64,000 nucleotides of DNA from Patescibacteria group bacterium (lineage in GTDB: Bacteria; Patescibacteriota; Patescibacteriia; 2-01-FULL-39-33). The notes beneath the pieces are model-generated. The model was not told the origin of the DNA, did no database searches, and saw nothing but the letters and a program-made list of their open reading frames with translations. The DNA is taken from the NCBI GenBank assembly GCA_041662745.1, contig JBAZRV010000002.1, positions 149,785-213,784 of the forward strand. The letters run 5' to 3'. Made by a program: the position numbers and the translations under genes. The stretch's first letter is position 1. Each line of letters starts with the position of its first letter. Of the stretch, positions 35,936-44,790 are shown in pieces.

Positions 35936-36080
35936 CAGGAATAAAATTAATTTTTATAAAATAGGAATTGGTTCAATGTAATTTATTGATAAAATTTTTG
36001 AGTATCGTGAAAAATTTCGGAAACTGAGATATGACGCATTTGTCGCAGATCTGCAAAGCGTTAAGACAAACATAATAATT

Positions 36081-36803
36081 ATGTCTATTGATAAAATAAA
36101 ATTAGGCGATAATGAGTATCTGGTGGTGGATTTAACCCAACCGCTGCCCTTAAACGCCGAGGTTTATCCCGGCGATCCAAAACCGGAGCGGAGACTGTTT
36201 AGCGATATAGACAAAACCGGGTGGCATCATTATATTCATGTTATCGGGGATCATGTTTTCCAGCCGCATGTTGACGGGCCGAATCACCAAAATCCTCAAC
36301 TGAAAAGCCAGGGAGTGGAAACTTTTGGTATTGATTTTTGTTTTAATGATGCGTTTTTAATGGATTTATCCACTTCATCGGAAAGCCAAACCGTCAGAAG
36401 CATAAATTATCTGTTAGAAGTAAAGAAAAAACACCTTAAACCTTTTGTAGAATTATTTTCGCAAAAAAGCGCTGTTTTAATAAGAACTGGCTATGATAAG
36501 TGGCTGGAAGCGAATAACCCTCACCAGCCGGAAAATCTGCCTTATTTAAGTAAGGAAGCTGCCGAATTCATTGCCTCTTTTCCCAACATCAAAGTCGTAG
36601 GAATAGATTCGTTATCTGTAGACCCTGCCAAAAGTCATGTGGCCCACCAAGAATTAAAACGCGTAATGATCGTTGAATCGTTGGTTCATCTTAATGAAAT
36701 CCCTCAAGAACATAGATTGAATTTCAGCTTGCAAACCTCGCCCATTAAAATAATCGGCGCGACAGGCGGTCCCGTTGTGGTTTATGCTTTTATTAAAAGT
36801 TAA
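36081..36803 (+). CDS. Putative cyclase-family protein (kynurenine formamidase-like fold)
   Basis: N-terminal DLTQPLPLNAEVYPGDPKPE… resembles the cyclase family (PF04199-like). The His motif is degenerate (HVIGDHVFQPHVDGPNH). Low certainty. Confidence 0.4.
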   Translation: MSIDKIKLGDNEYLVVDLTQPLPLNAEVYPGDPKPERRLFSDIDKTGWHHYIHVIGDHVFQPHVDGPNHQNPQLKSQGVETFGIDFCFNDAFLMDLSTSSESQTVRSINYLLEVKKKHLKPFVELFSQKSAVLIRTGYDKWLEANNPHQPENLPYLSKEAAEFIASFPNIKVVGIDSLSVDPAKSHVAHQELKRVMIVESLVHLNEIPQEHRLNFSLQTSPIKIIGATGGPVVVYAFIKS

Positions 36804-36818
36804 AATTACTAGAACCAT

Positions 36819-37205
36819 ATGTCGTTAGAAAAAAGCAAACTAATTAACCAGTTGATTTATTGGGCGCCCAGGGTTTTGGGGCTGGTGTTTGTCGGTTTTC
36901 TGGCCCTGTTTTCTCTTGACGTTTTTTCCCTGGGTTTGGGTTTTTGGCAAACGGCGCTCGGCCTGCTAATGCATAACATTCCCGCCTTGATCCTTTTGGC
37001 GATCATTATCGTTTCTTGGAAATACGAGATAGTCGGCGGGATTGTTTTTGTTTTGTTCGGGCTGGCGTATATTGCCATGGTGCTCAACAATCCTTTTGAG
37101 TGGTATATGCTGGCCTGGCTGGCAGAGATTTCCGGAGTGGCGTTTTTGGTGGGGATCCTGTTTCTGATTAATTGGCGCCGAAGAAAGAAACAAGATCATT
37201 CATAA
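36819..37205 (+). CDS. Small 4-TM membrane protein, hypothetical
   Basis: 128 aa with four hydrophobic helices and a basic C-terminus RRRKKQDHS. Confidence 0.4.
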   Translation: MSLEKSKLINQLIYWAPRVLGLVFVGFLALFSLDVFSLGLGFWQTALGLLMHNIPALILLAIIIVSWKYEIVGGIVFVLFGLAYIAMVLNNPFEWYMLAWLAEISGVAFLVGILFLINWRRRKKQDHS

Positions 37206-37216
37206 TAAAATCAATT

Positions 37217-37630
37217 ATGTTGCTTATTATCAATACAACTCCGGCCGATCATTTTGAATTATTATTGGCGCGCAACCGCGATGACTTCAAGCGCAAAAAA
37301 GTGACGGGCAAATTCCATCATTCGGAAAAATTGGTGCCGGCTATCGCTTCATATTTAACGGCCAACAAGCTTGCCTGGGATAAATTGCGGGGCATCGGCG
37401 TAGTCGTCGGGCCCGGCGGGTTTACGTCGGTGCGCATCGGCGTGGCCGTGGCCAACGCTTTGGCCTTCGGTCGCAATCTGCCCATTGCCGGCATTAAGGC
37501 TGACGAGTTTGCTTCGGCGGGGGAGCTGGTGGCTAAGATACAGGAACGGCTTAAGGGGGTTAAACCGTCGCAAATCGTGTTGCCGTATTATGATCGCGAG
37601 CCCAATATAACCAAGGCGAAGATAAAATAA
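37217..37630 (+). CDS. Truncated TsaB-like protein (N-terminal Kae1/YeaZ-fold only)
   Basis: GIGVVVGPGGFTSVRIGVAVANALAFGRNLPIAGI matches the TsaB/YeaZ N-terminal domain. Only ~137 aa from MLLIINTT. The track ORF starts earlier at 37172. Confidence 0.55.
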   Translation: MLLIINTTPADHFELLLARNRDDFKRKKVTGKFHHSEKLVPAIASYLTANKLAWDKLRGIGVVVGPGGFTSVRIGVAVANALAFGRNLPIAGIKADEFASAGELVAKIQERLKGVKPSQIVLPYYDREPNITKAKIK

Positions 37631-37868
37631 TCAGCCGATTGTGGATAAGTTTTTCGGTTGATTTTCATTAAGCAAAAAAGTTATCCACCGTTTGAAAAAT
37701 ATTAAAAAATCTTAGTTAAAAATAGCCAAAATTGGCTATTTTTTTATTATATAAAAATGTTGAATTATGGTTGCTTGGTGGTGCTAAGTGGTGTATAATT
37801 ATATCAGAGTGGTGAAATGTGGTGAAATATAAGCCGCAAAAGCCACAACCTTGAGAGAATCCTTATTT

Positions 37869-38297
37869 ATGTTTATCGGCCAATACAATCATAACTTGGA
37901 TGATAAGGGGCGCGTTGCCGTGCCCGCGAAGTTTCGTCCCGAACTCAAGAAAGCCGTGGTAACCAAGGGCTTGGACAGCTGTTTATTCTTGTATCCGCAG
38001 AAGGAATGGCAGAAGATGGCCGAAGGCATTGCTGATTTGCCCATAGATAAATCCGGCAACCGCGCTTTTTCCCGTTCCATGCTGGCCGGCGCGGTGGAAG
38101 TGGAGTTTGATAAGCAGGGCAGGATAATTTTGCCTGACTATCTGCGCCGTTTTGCCGGCTTGAGCAAGAATGTCGTTATCGCCGGTTTGTATAACCGTTT
38201 GGAAATCTGGGATGAAGCCAAGTGGAACGGTTACCAGGCCGAAACGGAAAAGAATTACAACGAAATCGCCGAGGCCTTGCACGATCTTAAGCCATAA
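37869..38297 (+). CDS. mraZ: Transcriptional regulator MraZ
   Basis: MFIGQYNHNLDDKGRVAVPAKFR and a second DKQGRIILP repeat. Heads the dcw cluster. A promoter-like TATAAT lies at about 37795. Confidence 0.85.
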   Translation: MFIGQYNHNLDDKGRVAVPAKFRPELKKAVVTKGLDSCLFLYPQKEWQKMAEGIADLPIDKSGNRAFSRSMLAGAVEVEFDKQGRIILPDYLRRFAGLSKNVVIAGLYNRLEIWDEAKWNGYQAETEKNYNEIAEALHDLKP

Positions 38298-38340
38298 TTT
38301 ATTTTCAACTTTGACTTTATAGACTTTAAAAGTAACAGCC

Positions 38341-39228
38341 ATGCCCTCCATTCATGAACCGGTCTTGCTTAAGGAAGTCTTGCGCTATCTTAATCCTCAA
38401 CCGGGCGACAATTTCATTGATTGCACCTTCGGCGGCGGCGGGCACTCCCTGGCGATTTTGGAACTGGTCAAGCCTGAGGGCAAGGTGCTGGGGATTGACT
38501 GGGATGCTGAAGCGATTCAAGACAGCGCCAACAATAATCTTATCCTGGTTAACGATAATTACCGCAACTTAAAAAAGATAATCGGCGGACTTCCGGATTT
38601 CGGGCCGATTAACGGCATCTTGCTGGATTTGGGCCTTTCTTCCGATCAGCTGGCCGCTGACGAACGCGGTTTCAGCTTCCAGTCAACGGGCGCGCTGGAC
38701 TTGCGCTTTAACCAAGCAACCGGCCAAAGCGCCGCCGAGCTGATTAATGCTTCAAACGAAGCGGAGCTGATCAAGATTTTTACCGATTACGGCGAAGAAC
38801 CGCTGGCCAAGCCGATTGCGCGCGCGATAATCGCCGCGCGTCAGCAGGGCCGGAAAATAGAAACGGCGGAGGAATTGGCTGAAATAGTCTCCGATATTTA
38901 TCAGAAGAAGTTCAAGACGCCGTCCAGGAAGCATCCGGCTACGAGAGTTTTTCAGGCCTTGCGCATAGCGGTCAATGATGAATTCGGCAATATCGCCACC
39001 ACCCTGCCTCAAGCCATTGATCTGTTAGCGCCGGGCGGACGATTGGCGGTTATCTCTTTCCACTCCGGCGAAGATCGGTTAGTCAAAAGATTCTTTAAGG
39101 ACATGGCCGGCAGCGAAGCGCCTCGGATAAAACTCATCACCAAGAAGCCGGTAGAAGCCGGAGCCGAAGAAACGGCCGCCAATCCGCGCAGCCGTTCCGC
39201 CAAACTAAGAGTCATAGAAAAAAATTAA
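38341..39228 (+). CDS. rsmH: 16S rRNA (cytosine1402-N4)-methyltransferase RsmH
   Basis: HEPVLLKEVLRYL…DCTFGGGGHS SAM-binding motif. Confidence 0.9.
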   Translation: MPSIHEPVLLKEVLRYLNPQPGDNFIDCTFGGGGHSLAILELVKPEGKVLGIDWDAEAIQDSANNNLILVNDNYRNLKKIIGGLPDFGPINGILLDLGLSSDQLAADERGFSFQSTGALDLRFNQATGQSAAELINASNEAELIKIFTDYGEEPLAKPIARAIIAARQQGRKIETAEELAEIVSDIYQKKFKTPSRKHPATRVFQALRIAVNDEFGNIATTLPQAIDLLAPGGRLAVISFHSGEDRLVKRFFKDMAGSEAPRIKLITKKPVEAGAEETAANPRSRSAKLRVIEKN

Positions 39229-39245
39229 TTATAAAATATAATCCT

Positions 39246-39620
39246 ATGTGCAAATTTTGGAAAAAAGAAAAATGCAATCATCATTTCCAGGAGCTTAAAA
39301 CCAAAATTAGCTGGCGTTTGCAGGTTTGGAACGGTCTGACCAAAAGACGCTCATTAATAGGAATAGGCATCGTAGTCGCCGTTTTGGGTATTGTTTATCT
39401 GACCCAAACCAATCTGACCGCCACCATCGGTTATCAAATTAAGGATTTGGAAAACGGCATCGCCAAACTGCAATCGGAAAACGGCCGCTTGACCATTAAT
39501 TATCTGAAATTGCAGTCCATGGATCAGATCACCGCTTCCGCCGCCGATCTCAATCTGATTCCGGCCGGCAGTCCGGAAATCGTCATGATAAGAACTTCTA
39601 ACCAGATAGCTAAGCGTTAG
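39246..39620 (+). CDS. FtsL-like cell-division protein (septum formation initiator)
   Basis: A small bitopic protein with one TM and a coiled coil (LENGIAKLQSENGRLTINYLKLQ). Positioned between rsmH and ftsI. Confidence 0.45.
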   Translation: MCKFWKKEKCNHHFQELKTKISWRLQVWNGLTKRRSLIGIGIVVAVLGIVYLTQTNLTATIGYQIKDLENGIAKLQSENGRLTINYLKLQSMDQITASAADLNLIPAGSPEIVMIRTSNQIAKR

Positions 39621-39642
39621 CCCGTTACGGTATCCGACGGAT

Positions 39643-41499
39643 ATGACAGTTTATCAACGACCCAAAACCAAAGTTTCTGACAACCGCGGACGTATTACCG
39701 TACTGTCGGTTGTTTTTTTAATTATCGGCGCCATACTGATCGGCAGGTTGTTTGATGTGCAAATCCTGCGCGGTGCTTTTTATGCCGCGCTCGCCGCCGA
39801 TCAGCATGAAATTTATAAAAAATTATTTCCCGAACGCGGTTCCATTTTGGTGCAAGAAAAAGCCGGCGATAAGACCGTTTCCTATCCCTTAGTCACTAAT
39901 CGTACGATGCATGTCGTTTACGCCATACCCAAAGAAATAGTTGATGCCACCACGACGGCGGAAAAGTTGCTTGAAGTCTTGGGTTTGAGCGAAGAAGATC
40001 GGCAAGCAGCCGAAGATTTGGCCGAACGCCTGCGCGGCAACGCCACCTCCACTGATTTTTTGGAGCTGGACAAGTATGCCGGGCAAACGATCAGGGATGC
40101 GACCAAGAGCGAACTGATTAATGTTTTTAACCAAAAAGAGAAATCGTATTTTTTGGTGCGAGAGCGTTTGGAAGACAGCGCCTTTGAAATATTGAAGGGA
40201 CTACAGCTTAAGGGTGTCGGTTTCAATGATAAGAGCTATCGTTTTTATACGGAAAAATCCCTGGGCGGGCAGTTATTCGGCTTCTTGGGTTATGACGGAA
40301 ACGATCGCAGCGGCAAATACGGTTTAGAAGGATATTATGATCAGTTGCTGGCCGGCCGAGCCGGTGAAATTTTTTCCGAACAGGACGTTCTGGGCAATGT
40401 CATCGCTTTGGGCAAGAATTATCTAAAGGAAAAGGTGGATGGCGCCAATCTGGTTTTGACCATTAACCGCCCTCTGCAATACCAAGCTTGCCAGTCATTG
40501 AAAAAATCTTTGGATCAGCATAAATCAAAAAGTGGCTCGGTTATCGTGATGGAGCCGTCCAGCGGAAAGATTTTAGCCATGTGCAGTTTTCCCGATTATG
40601 ATCCGAATGAATACAATAAAGTTGAAGACGCCTCGGTGTATAACGTTAAAGCAATCAACGACGCTTACGAACCCGGCTCTATTTTTAAGGCCGTTACCAT
40701 GGCCGCAGCCATTGATTCCGGCGCCGTTCTGCCGTCAACAACCTATACGGACACGGGCGTAGTGGATTATACCGATTACAAAATCAGGAATTTTGAAAAT
40801 AAATCATACGGCCTGTCCACCATGACTAACGTTTTGGAGTATTCCATCAATACCGGCGTGATCTTCGCCATGCGTCAGATGACAACCAAGGTTTTCACCC
40901 AATATGTCAAAACTTTCGGTTTCGGCGATTTTACCGGCATTGATCTGTTTAAAGAAACTACCGGCAACATTTCCAACTTGAGCCGCAAGGGGGAAATCAA
41001 TACGGCCACGGCCACTTTCGGCCAAGGCATCAGCGTGACGCCCATTCAGATGCTTACCGCTTTTTCAGCCATCATAAACGGCGGCAAGCTGATGAAGCCG
41101 TATGTGGTGGATCAGATAATCATTGACGGCCAAATCAAACAAATCCAACCGCAAGAAATCAAACAAGTGATTTCGCCCAAAACCTCGCTTCTGATGAAGG
41201 GCATGCTGGTGTCGGTGGTGGAAAACGGCCACGCCAAGAAAGCGCAGATTCCCGGTTGGCGCGTAGGCGGAAAAACCGGTACGGCGCAAGTGCCGGATAT
41301 GCGCGGCGGGTATAAATCGGATGACAGCATTATCGGTTCGTTTGTCGGCTTTGCGCCGTTTGAAAATCCGCGCCTGGCTGTTTTTGTCCGCGTGGACGAG
41401 CCGATTGAAGGCCGGCTGGGCGAGACGGTGGCGGCGCCGGTTTTCACGGAGGTTGCCAAATTCGCTCTGGAGTATTATAATGTACCACACGACAAGTAG
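39643..41499 (+). CDS. ftsI: Penicillin-binding protein 2 / FtsI-type peptidoglycan D,D-transpeptidase
   Basis: N-terminal TM. SxxK (SIFK), SxN (SIN), and KTGT motifs (GGKTGTAQ). Confidence 0.85.
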   Translation: MTVYQRPKTKVSDNRGRITVLSVVFLIIGAILIGRLFDVQILRGAFYAALAADQHEIYKKLFPERGSILVQEKAGDKTVSYPLVTNRTMHVVYAIPKEIVDATTTAEKLLEVLGLSEEDRQAAEDLAERLRGNATSTDFLELDKYAGQTIRDATKSELINVFNQKEKSYFLVRERLEDSAFEILKGLQLKGVGFNDKSYRFYTEKSLGGQLFGFLGYDGNDRSGKYGLEGYYDQLLAGRAGEIFSEQDVLGNVIALGKNYLKEKVDGANLVLTINRPLQYQACQSLKKSLDQHKSKSGSVIVMEPSSGKILAMCSFPDYDPNEYNKVEDASVYNVKAINDAYEPGSIFKAVTMAAAIDSGAVLPSTTYTDTGVVDYTDYKIRNFENKSYGLSTMTNVLEYSINTGVIFAMRQMTTKVFTQYVKTFGFGDFTGIDLFKETTGNISNLSRKGEINTATATFGQGISVTPIQMLTAFSAIINGGKLMKPYVVDQIIIDGQIKQIQPQEIKQVISPKTSLLMKGMLVSVVENGHAKKAQIPGWRVGGKTGTAQVPDMRGGYKSDDSIIGSFVGFAPFENPRLAVFVRVDEPIEGRLGETVAAPVFTEVAKFALEYYNVPHDK

Positions 41500-41569
41500 G
41501 CCCTGAAGCCTCGCCCGCAGCCCCTAATAAGTGTTGATTCAAAGCTAAGTTACAGCTACTGCTTAAATT

Positions 41570-42856
41570 ATGAAATCATTTTTGAAAAAAATTTTACAAA
41601 AAATATTATTTGTTTTGGCGCAAGCCGTTTTGAACAAATACGAGCCGAAAGTTATCGGCGTAACCGGTTCCATCGGCAAGTCTTCAACCAAAGAAGCGAT
41701 TTTTACCGTGCTCAAAGACAAATTCCGCGTCCGGCAAAATATCAAGAATTATAATAATGAAATCGGTTTGCCGCTGACGATTTTGGGCGAATTGTCGCCG
41801 GGCGGCAGTTTGTCGGGCTGGTTAAAGCTGTTTTTCAATGCTGTAAAATTATGGGTGATTGACGATAAAACCTACCCCGAGGTATTGATTTTGGAAATGG
41901 GAGTTGATCGGCCCGGCGATATGGCTTATTTGGTCAAGCTGGCAAAACCGGATATCGGCGTCATTACCAATATCGGTCCGGTGCATTTGGAGTATTTTAA
42001 AACCATAGAAAATATCGCGCAGGAAAAGGGGATATTGGTGGAGCGGTTGCGCGCCGGAGGTTGGGGGGTTTTGAATGCCGATAACGAGTACACGGCCAAA
42101 TTGAAAAACAATGTCAAAGGCAGATTTTTGACCTACGGTTTCAACTCTGAAGCGTCAGTACGGGCCCATGATGTTACCCTGTTAAGCCAAAAAAATGATT
42201 TGCAGGGCGTTAGCTTCAAACTGTCTTACGATGGCAAGGTGGTGCCGGTGTTTTTGCCCGAGGTTTTGGGCGAACATTTGATTTATGGCGCTTTGGCCGC
42301 CGTCTCGGTAGGCATAATCATGAATTTGAACCTGGTGGAAATAACCGAGGCATTGCAAGGCTTTCGGGCGCCGTCCGGACGGATGCGGCTGATTGAGGGC
42401 GTTAGGGATTCGCTTATTATTGACGATACTTATAACGCCAGCCCCGAACCGACGGTTGCGGCGGTCCAGGTGCTTAGCAAGTTGCCGGCTAACGGAAGAA
42501 AAATCGCGGTACTGGGCGATATGCTGGAGTTGGGTGATTTTGAAGACAAAGGCCATCGCTTAGTCGGCCGGACTGTGGCGCAAGAGGGGATTGATCTGTT
42601 GGTTGCGGTGGGCGATCGCGCCAAAATCATCGCTGAGGCGGCGGTGGAAGCCGGATTTGATAAAAAACATGTGGTCAGGTTTGTTGACAGCGAAGAAGCG
42701 GGCGAGTATCTGTTAAAAGAACTTAATGCCGGCGATTTGGTCTTGATTAAGGGCTCGCAAGGCATGCGTATGGAAAAAGCGGTCAAGATAATCTTAGCTG
42801 ACTTGTCTTTGGCTAAAGAATTATTGGTCCGGCAGGATGACAGTTGGTTGAAATAA
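41570..42856 (+). CDS. murF: UDP-N-acetylmuramoyl-tripeptide--D-alanyl-D-alanine ligase (Mur ligase family; MurF most likely)
   Basis: P-loop VIGVTGSIGKSSTKE. Mur ligase middle and C-terminal domains. Dcw context after ftsI. Confidence 0.75.
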   Translation: MKSFLKKILQKILFVLAQAVLNKYEPKVIGVTGSIGKSSTKEAIFTVLKDKFRVRQNIKNYNNEIGLPLTILGELSPGGSLSGWLKLFFNAVKLWVIDDKTYPEVLILEMGVDRPGDMAYLVKLAKPDIGVITNIGPVHLEYFKTIENIAQEKGILVERLRAGGWGVLNADNEYTAKLKNNVKGRFLTYGFNSEASVRAHDVTLLSQKNDLQGVSFKLSYDGKVVPVFLPEVLGEHLIYGALAAVSVGIIMNLNLVEITEALQGFRAPSGRMRLIEGVRDSLIIDDTYNASPEPTVAAVQVLSKLPANGRKIAVLGDMLELGDFEDKGHRLVGRTVAQEGIDLLVAVGDRAKIIAEAAVEAGFDKKHVVRFVDSEEAGEYLLKELNAGDLVLIKGSQGMRMEKAVKIILADLSLAKELLVRQDDSWLK

Positions 42857-42902
42857 TTCAGACGCATGCAAAGCGCCGGAATAATACGGCTAATAGAAAA
42901 TT

Positions 42903-43676
42903 ATGAGGAATTTAACACGTGCACCAATTGATTTTATTAAACTGGAAAGTTCAGAGATGCCGTTTAACCCGAAACTGAATATTTTTAATGAAAGAGGTTT
43001 TGGCACGATACCGGAAGATGAACCCGATTCTGATTCAGTCGTGAGGCTTTTGCCTGGTTGGGATAGGGATCGGGATAATTATTTTGAATTGGCAGATCTC
43101 AAGGACAATCTTAGCGAAGCTCAGAAGGTTTTCCAACAATTAAGGGATGATTACCATATCAGGATTATTCCGTTTAAGTTTGCAATCGGCAAAGACAGTG
43201 AGGGTAAATTGGCCGCTTATGTTATCGCTAAAAAAGCGGAAGGCATTAACCTGGATTCCTTGAGCAAGGAGGACCTTTCCCCTATAGAAGCGGAAACTTT
43301 AAGGCAAGACTTGATAGAAACATGGTCGGGATTAATTGATTATTATTTTGACTGCCTATCTTCTGATCAAGAATTATTTTGGGATGTTTTTCCGGCCAAA
43401 CAATACGTCTATGGGCGTGTGGGCAAAGAAGAAGAAAAACACCCCTATATGATTGATATTGAAATTCGCATTACTAGGGGGCAACAGTATTTGTTCCGGC
43501 TGGCGTTAAGCTGTTTGGCTGAGGACCCTGAAGCAATTGGGGACAGTTTAAGTATGGATTTAAGCCCGATAAAGGAAAAGCTCAAGTTAAAAATTTCTGA
43601 ATTTCTGAAGCAGCCTAATCTGGTGGCGGATGCGAGTTTGAAGAATAATATGCGGGATTATTTGAATGCGTTATAA
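42903..43676 (+). CDS. Hypothetical protein
   Basis: 257 aa, acidic, with no family recognised. It contains the recurrent 14-mer TAACCTGGATTCCT at 43246. Confidence 0.4.
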   Translation: MRNLTRAPIDFIKLESSEMPFNPKLNIFNERGFGTIPEDEPDSDSVVRLLPGWDRDRDNYFELADLKDNLSEAQKVFQQLRDDYHIRIIPFKFAIGKDSEGKLAAYVIAKKAEGINLDSLSKEDLSPIEAETLRQDLIETWSGLIDYYFDCLSSDQELFWDVFPAKQYVYGRVGKEEEKHPYMIDIEIRITRGQQYLFRLALSCLAEDPEAIGDSLSMDLSPIKEKLKLKISEFLKQPNLVADASLKNNMRDYLNAL

Positions 43677-43849
43677 AAGCTATGCGAATTGCCATAATAC
43701 CCTGCAGTTTAAAGCGAAAGTTTATCGGAGTTTACCGCTGTTGACAAAATATTTTCAGTATGGTAATATGAGCTGTCAGTCAGCCGTCCATTAAAACCAA
43801 TTAACATAAACGATGTAAAAAGACCGGGCTAAGCTCAAGGAGGCAAATA

Positions 43850-44296
43850 ATGCCTGAAAAACAAGTAATACCTAAACAAACCATTTTTGATTTGATGGAT
43901 TTGCAGGATCTTTCTGGTTGGCATTTAGTCAGATGTTATGAAGTCCTTGGCAATATTGGCGAACCTTCATCATGCTTGGCATGCGATTTTGATTCTCGGG
44001 GATTTTATAATGATCCGATTTTGGCTTCAATCGCCAGTTATGGCATCGGCTGGTGGGGCGGCGATGGGGTTGTCAGGGAGGTCCTTGTTTTGACTCAAGA
44101 TGACCGGAAGGGCTTTATTCCGAATACTGCAAACCTTGTGTGGTTCCATAGGAAGAGTCCTGTTTTCTGCAGTTGTCCCGCCTTGATAGAAATTTATTCA
44201 GAGGAAAAGATATCGCGATTGCGCGATCATCTAATGAAGCATGATTACCTTAAATGTAAACTAACACCACGGGAGAAAGAGTTGTTGGACTTGTAG
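43850..44296 (+). CDS. Hypothetical protein
   Basis: 148 aa, Cys-containing (CLACDF…CSCP). A promoter-like TTGACA…TGGTAATAT lies upstream at about 43742. No family recognised. Confidence 0.35.
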   Translation: MPEKQVIPKQTIFDLMDLQDLSGWHLVRCYEVLGNIGEPSSCLACDFDSRGFYNDPILASIASYGIGWWGGDGVVREVLVLTQDDRKGFIPNTANLVWFHRKSPVFCSCPALIEIYSEEKISRLRDHLMKHDYLKCKLTPREKELLDL

Positions 44297-44388
44297 GGAT
44301 AATTATTATCCGATATGTTGTACATTAAAACGCCTCTCGGGCAAGCCGTGAAGCGTTTTTTATTTGATTTGCTGCGTTGTTTTTCTGT

Positions 44389-44685
44389 TTATTTGCCCAG
44401 GCCCGGGATATTGAGTCCGCCCATTTGCGACATCTTATTGGCCATGACGCGCTGGACTTTTTTGACGGCATCATTAACCGCTTCTTTGACGGCTGATTCT
44501 AACTTGGCTTTGTCGCCGACGATTTCCTGGTCAATAACGACAGCTTTGACTTCCTGATTGCCATCCATGGAAATTTTCACTTTGCCCCAGCCACCTTGGC
44601 CTTCAATCGTTTCTTCGGCCAAGGCTTTTTTAATGGTATTGGCTTGATTCTTTAAATCTTGAATCGCTTTGATTTTTGAGAACAT
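44389..44685 (-). CDS. ybaB: Nucleoid-associated protein YbaB/EbfC
   Basis: MFSKIKAIQDLKNQANTIKKALAEE…GGWGKVKISMDGNQEVKAVVIDQEIV. The start at MFSK (44685) is preferred over 44706. Confidence 0.8.
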   Translation of the reverse strand: MFSKIKAIQDLKNQANTIKKALAEETIEGQGGWGKVKISMDGNQEVKAVVIDQEIVGDKAKLESAVKEAVNDAVKKVQRVMANKMSQMGGLNIPGLGK

Positions 44686-44790
44686 ATAGTTTTGATTAAG
44701 AGTCAAAAGCCATTAAAGTCAAGGGTTTTAAATTTATCGGATCCGCCTGTCGGAACAGGCCTTTGACTTTGCAGGCTTTCTGGCCGGTTA

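Noticed and set aside
35700-36080. Possibility that the GC-rich block is tmRNA, SRP RNA or RNase P RNA
   Set aside because: It lacks the tRNA-like ends of tmRNA. It lacks the GGAAGGAAGCAGC-type domain IV of SRP RNA. It is too short (~150 nt structured core) and lacks the GGAAAGTCCGG P4 motif for canonical RNase P RNA. Left as an unassigned structured region.
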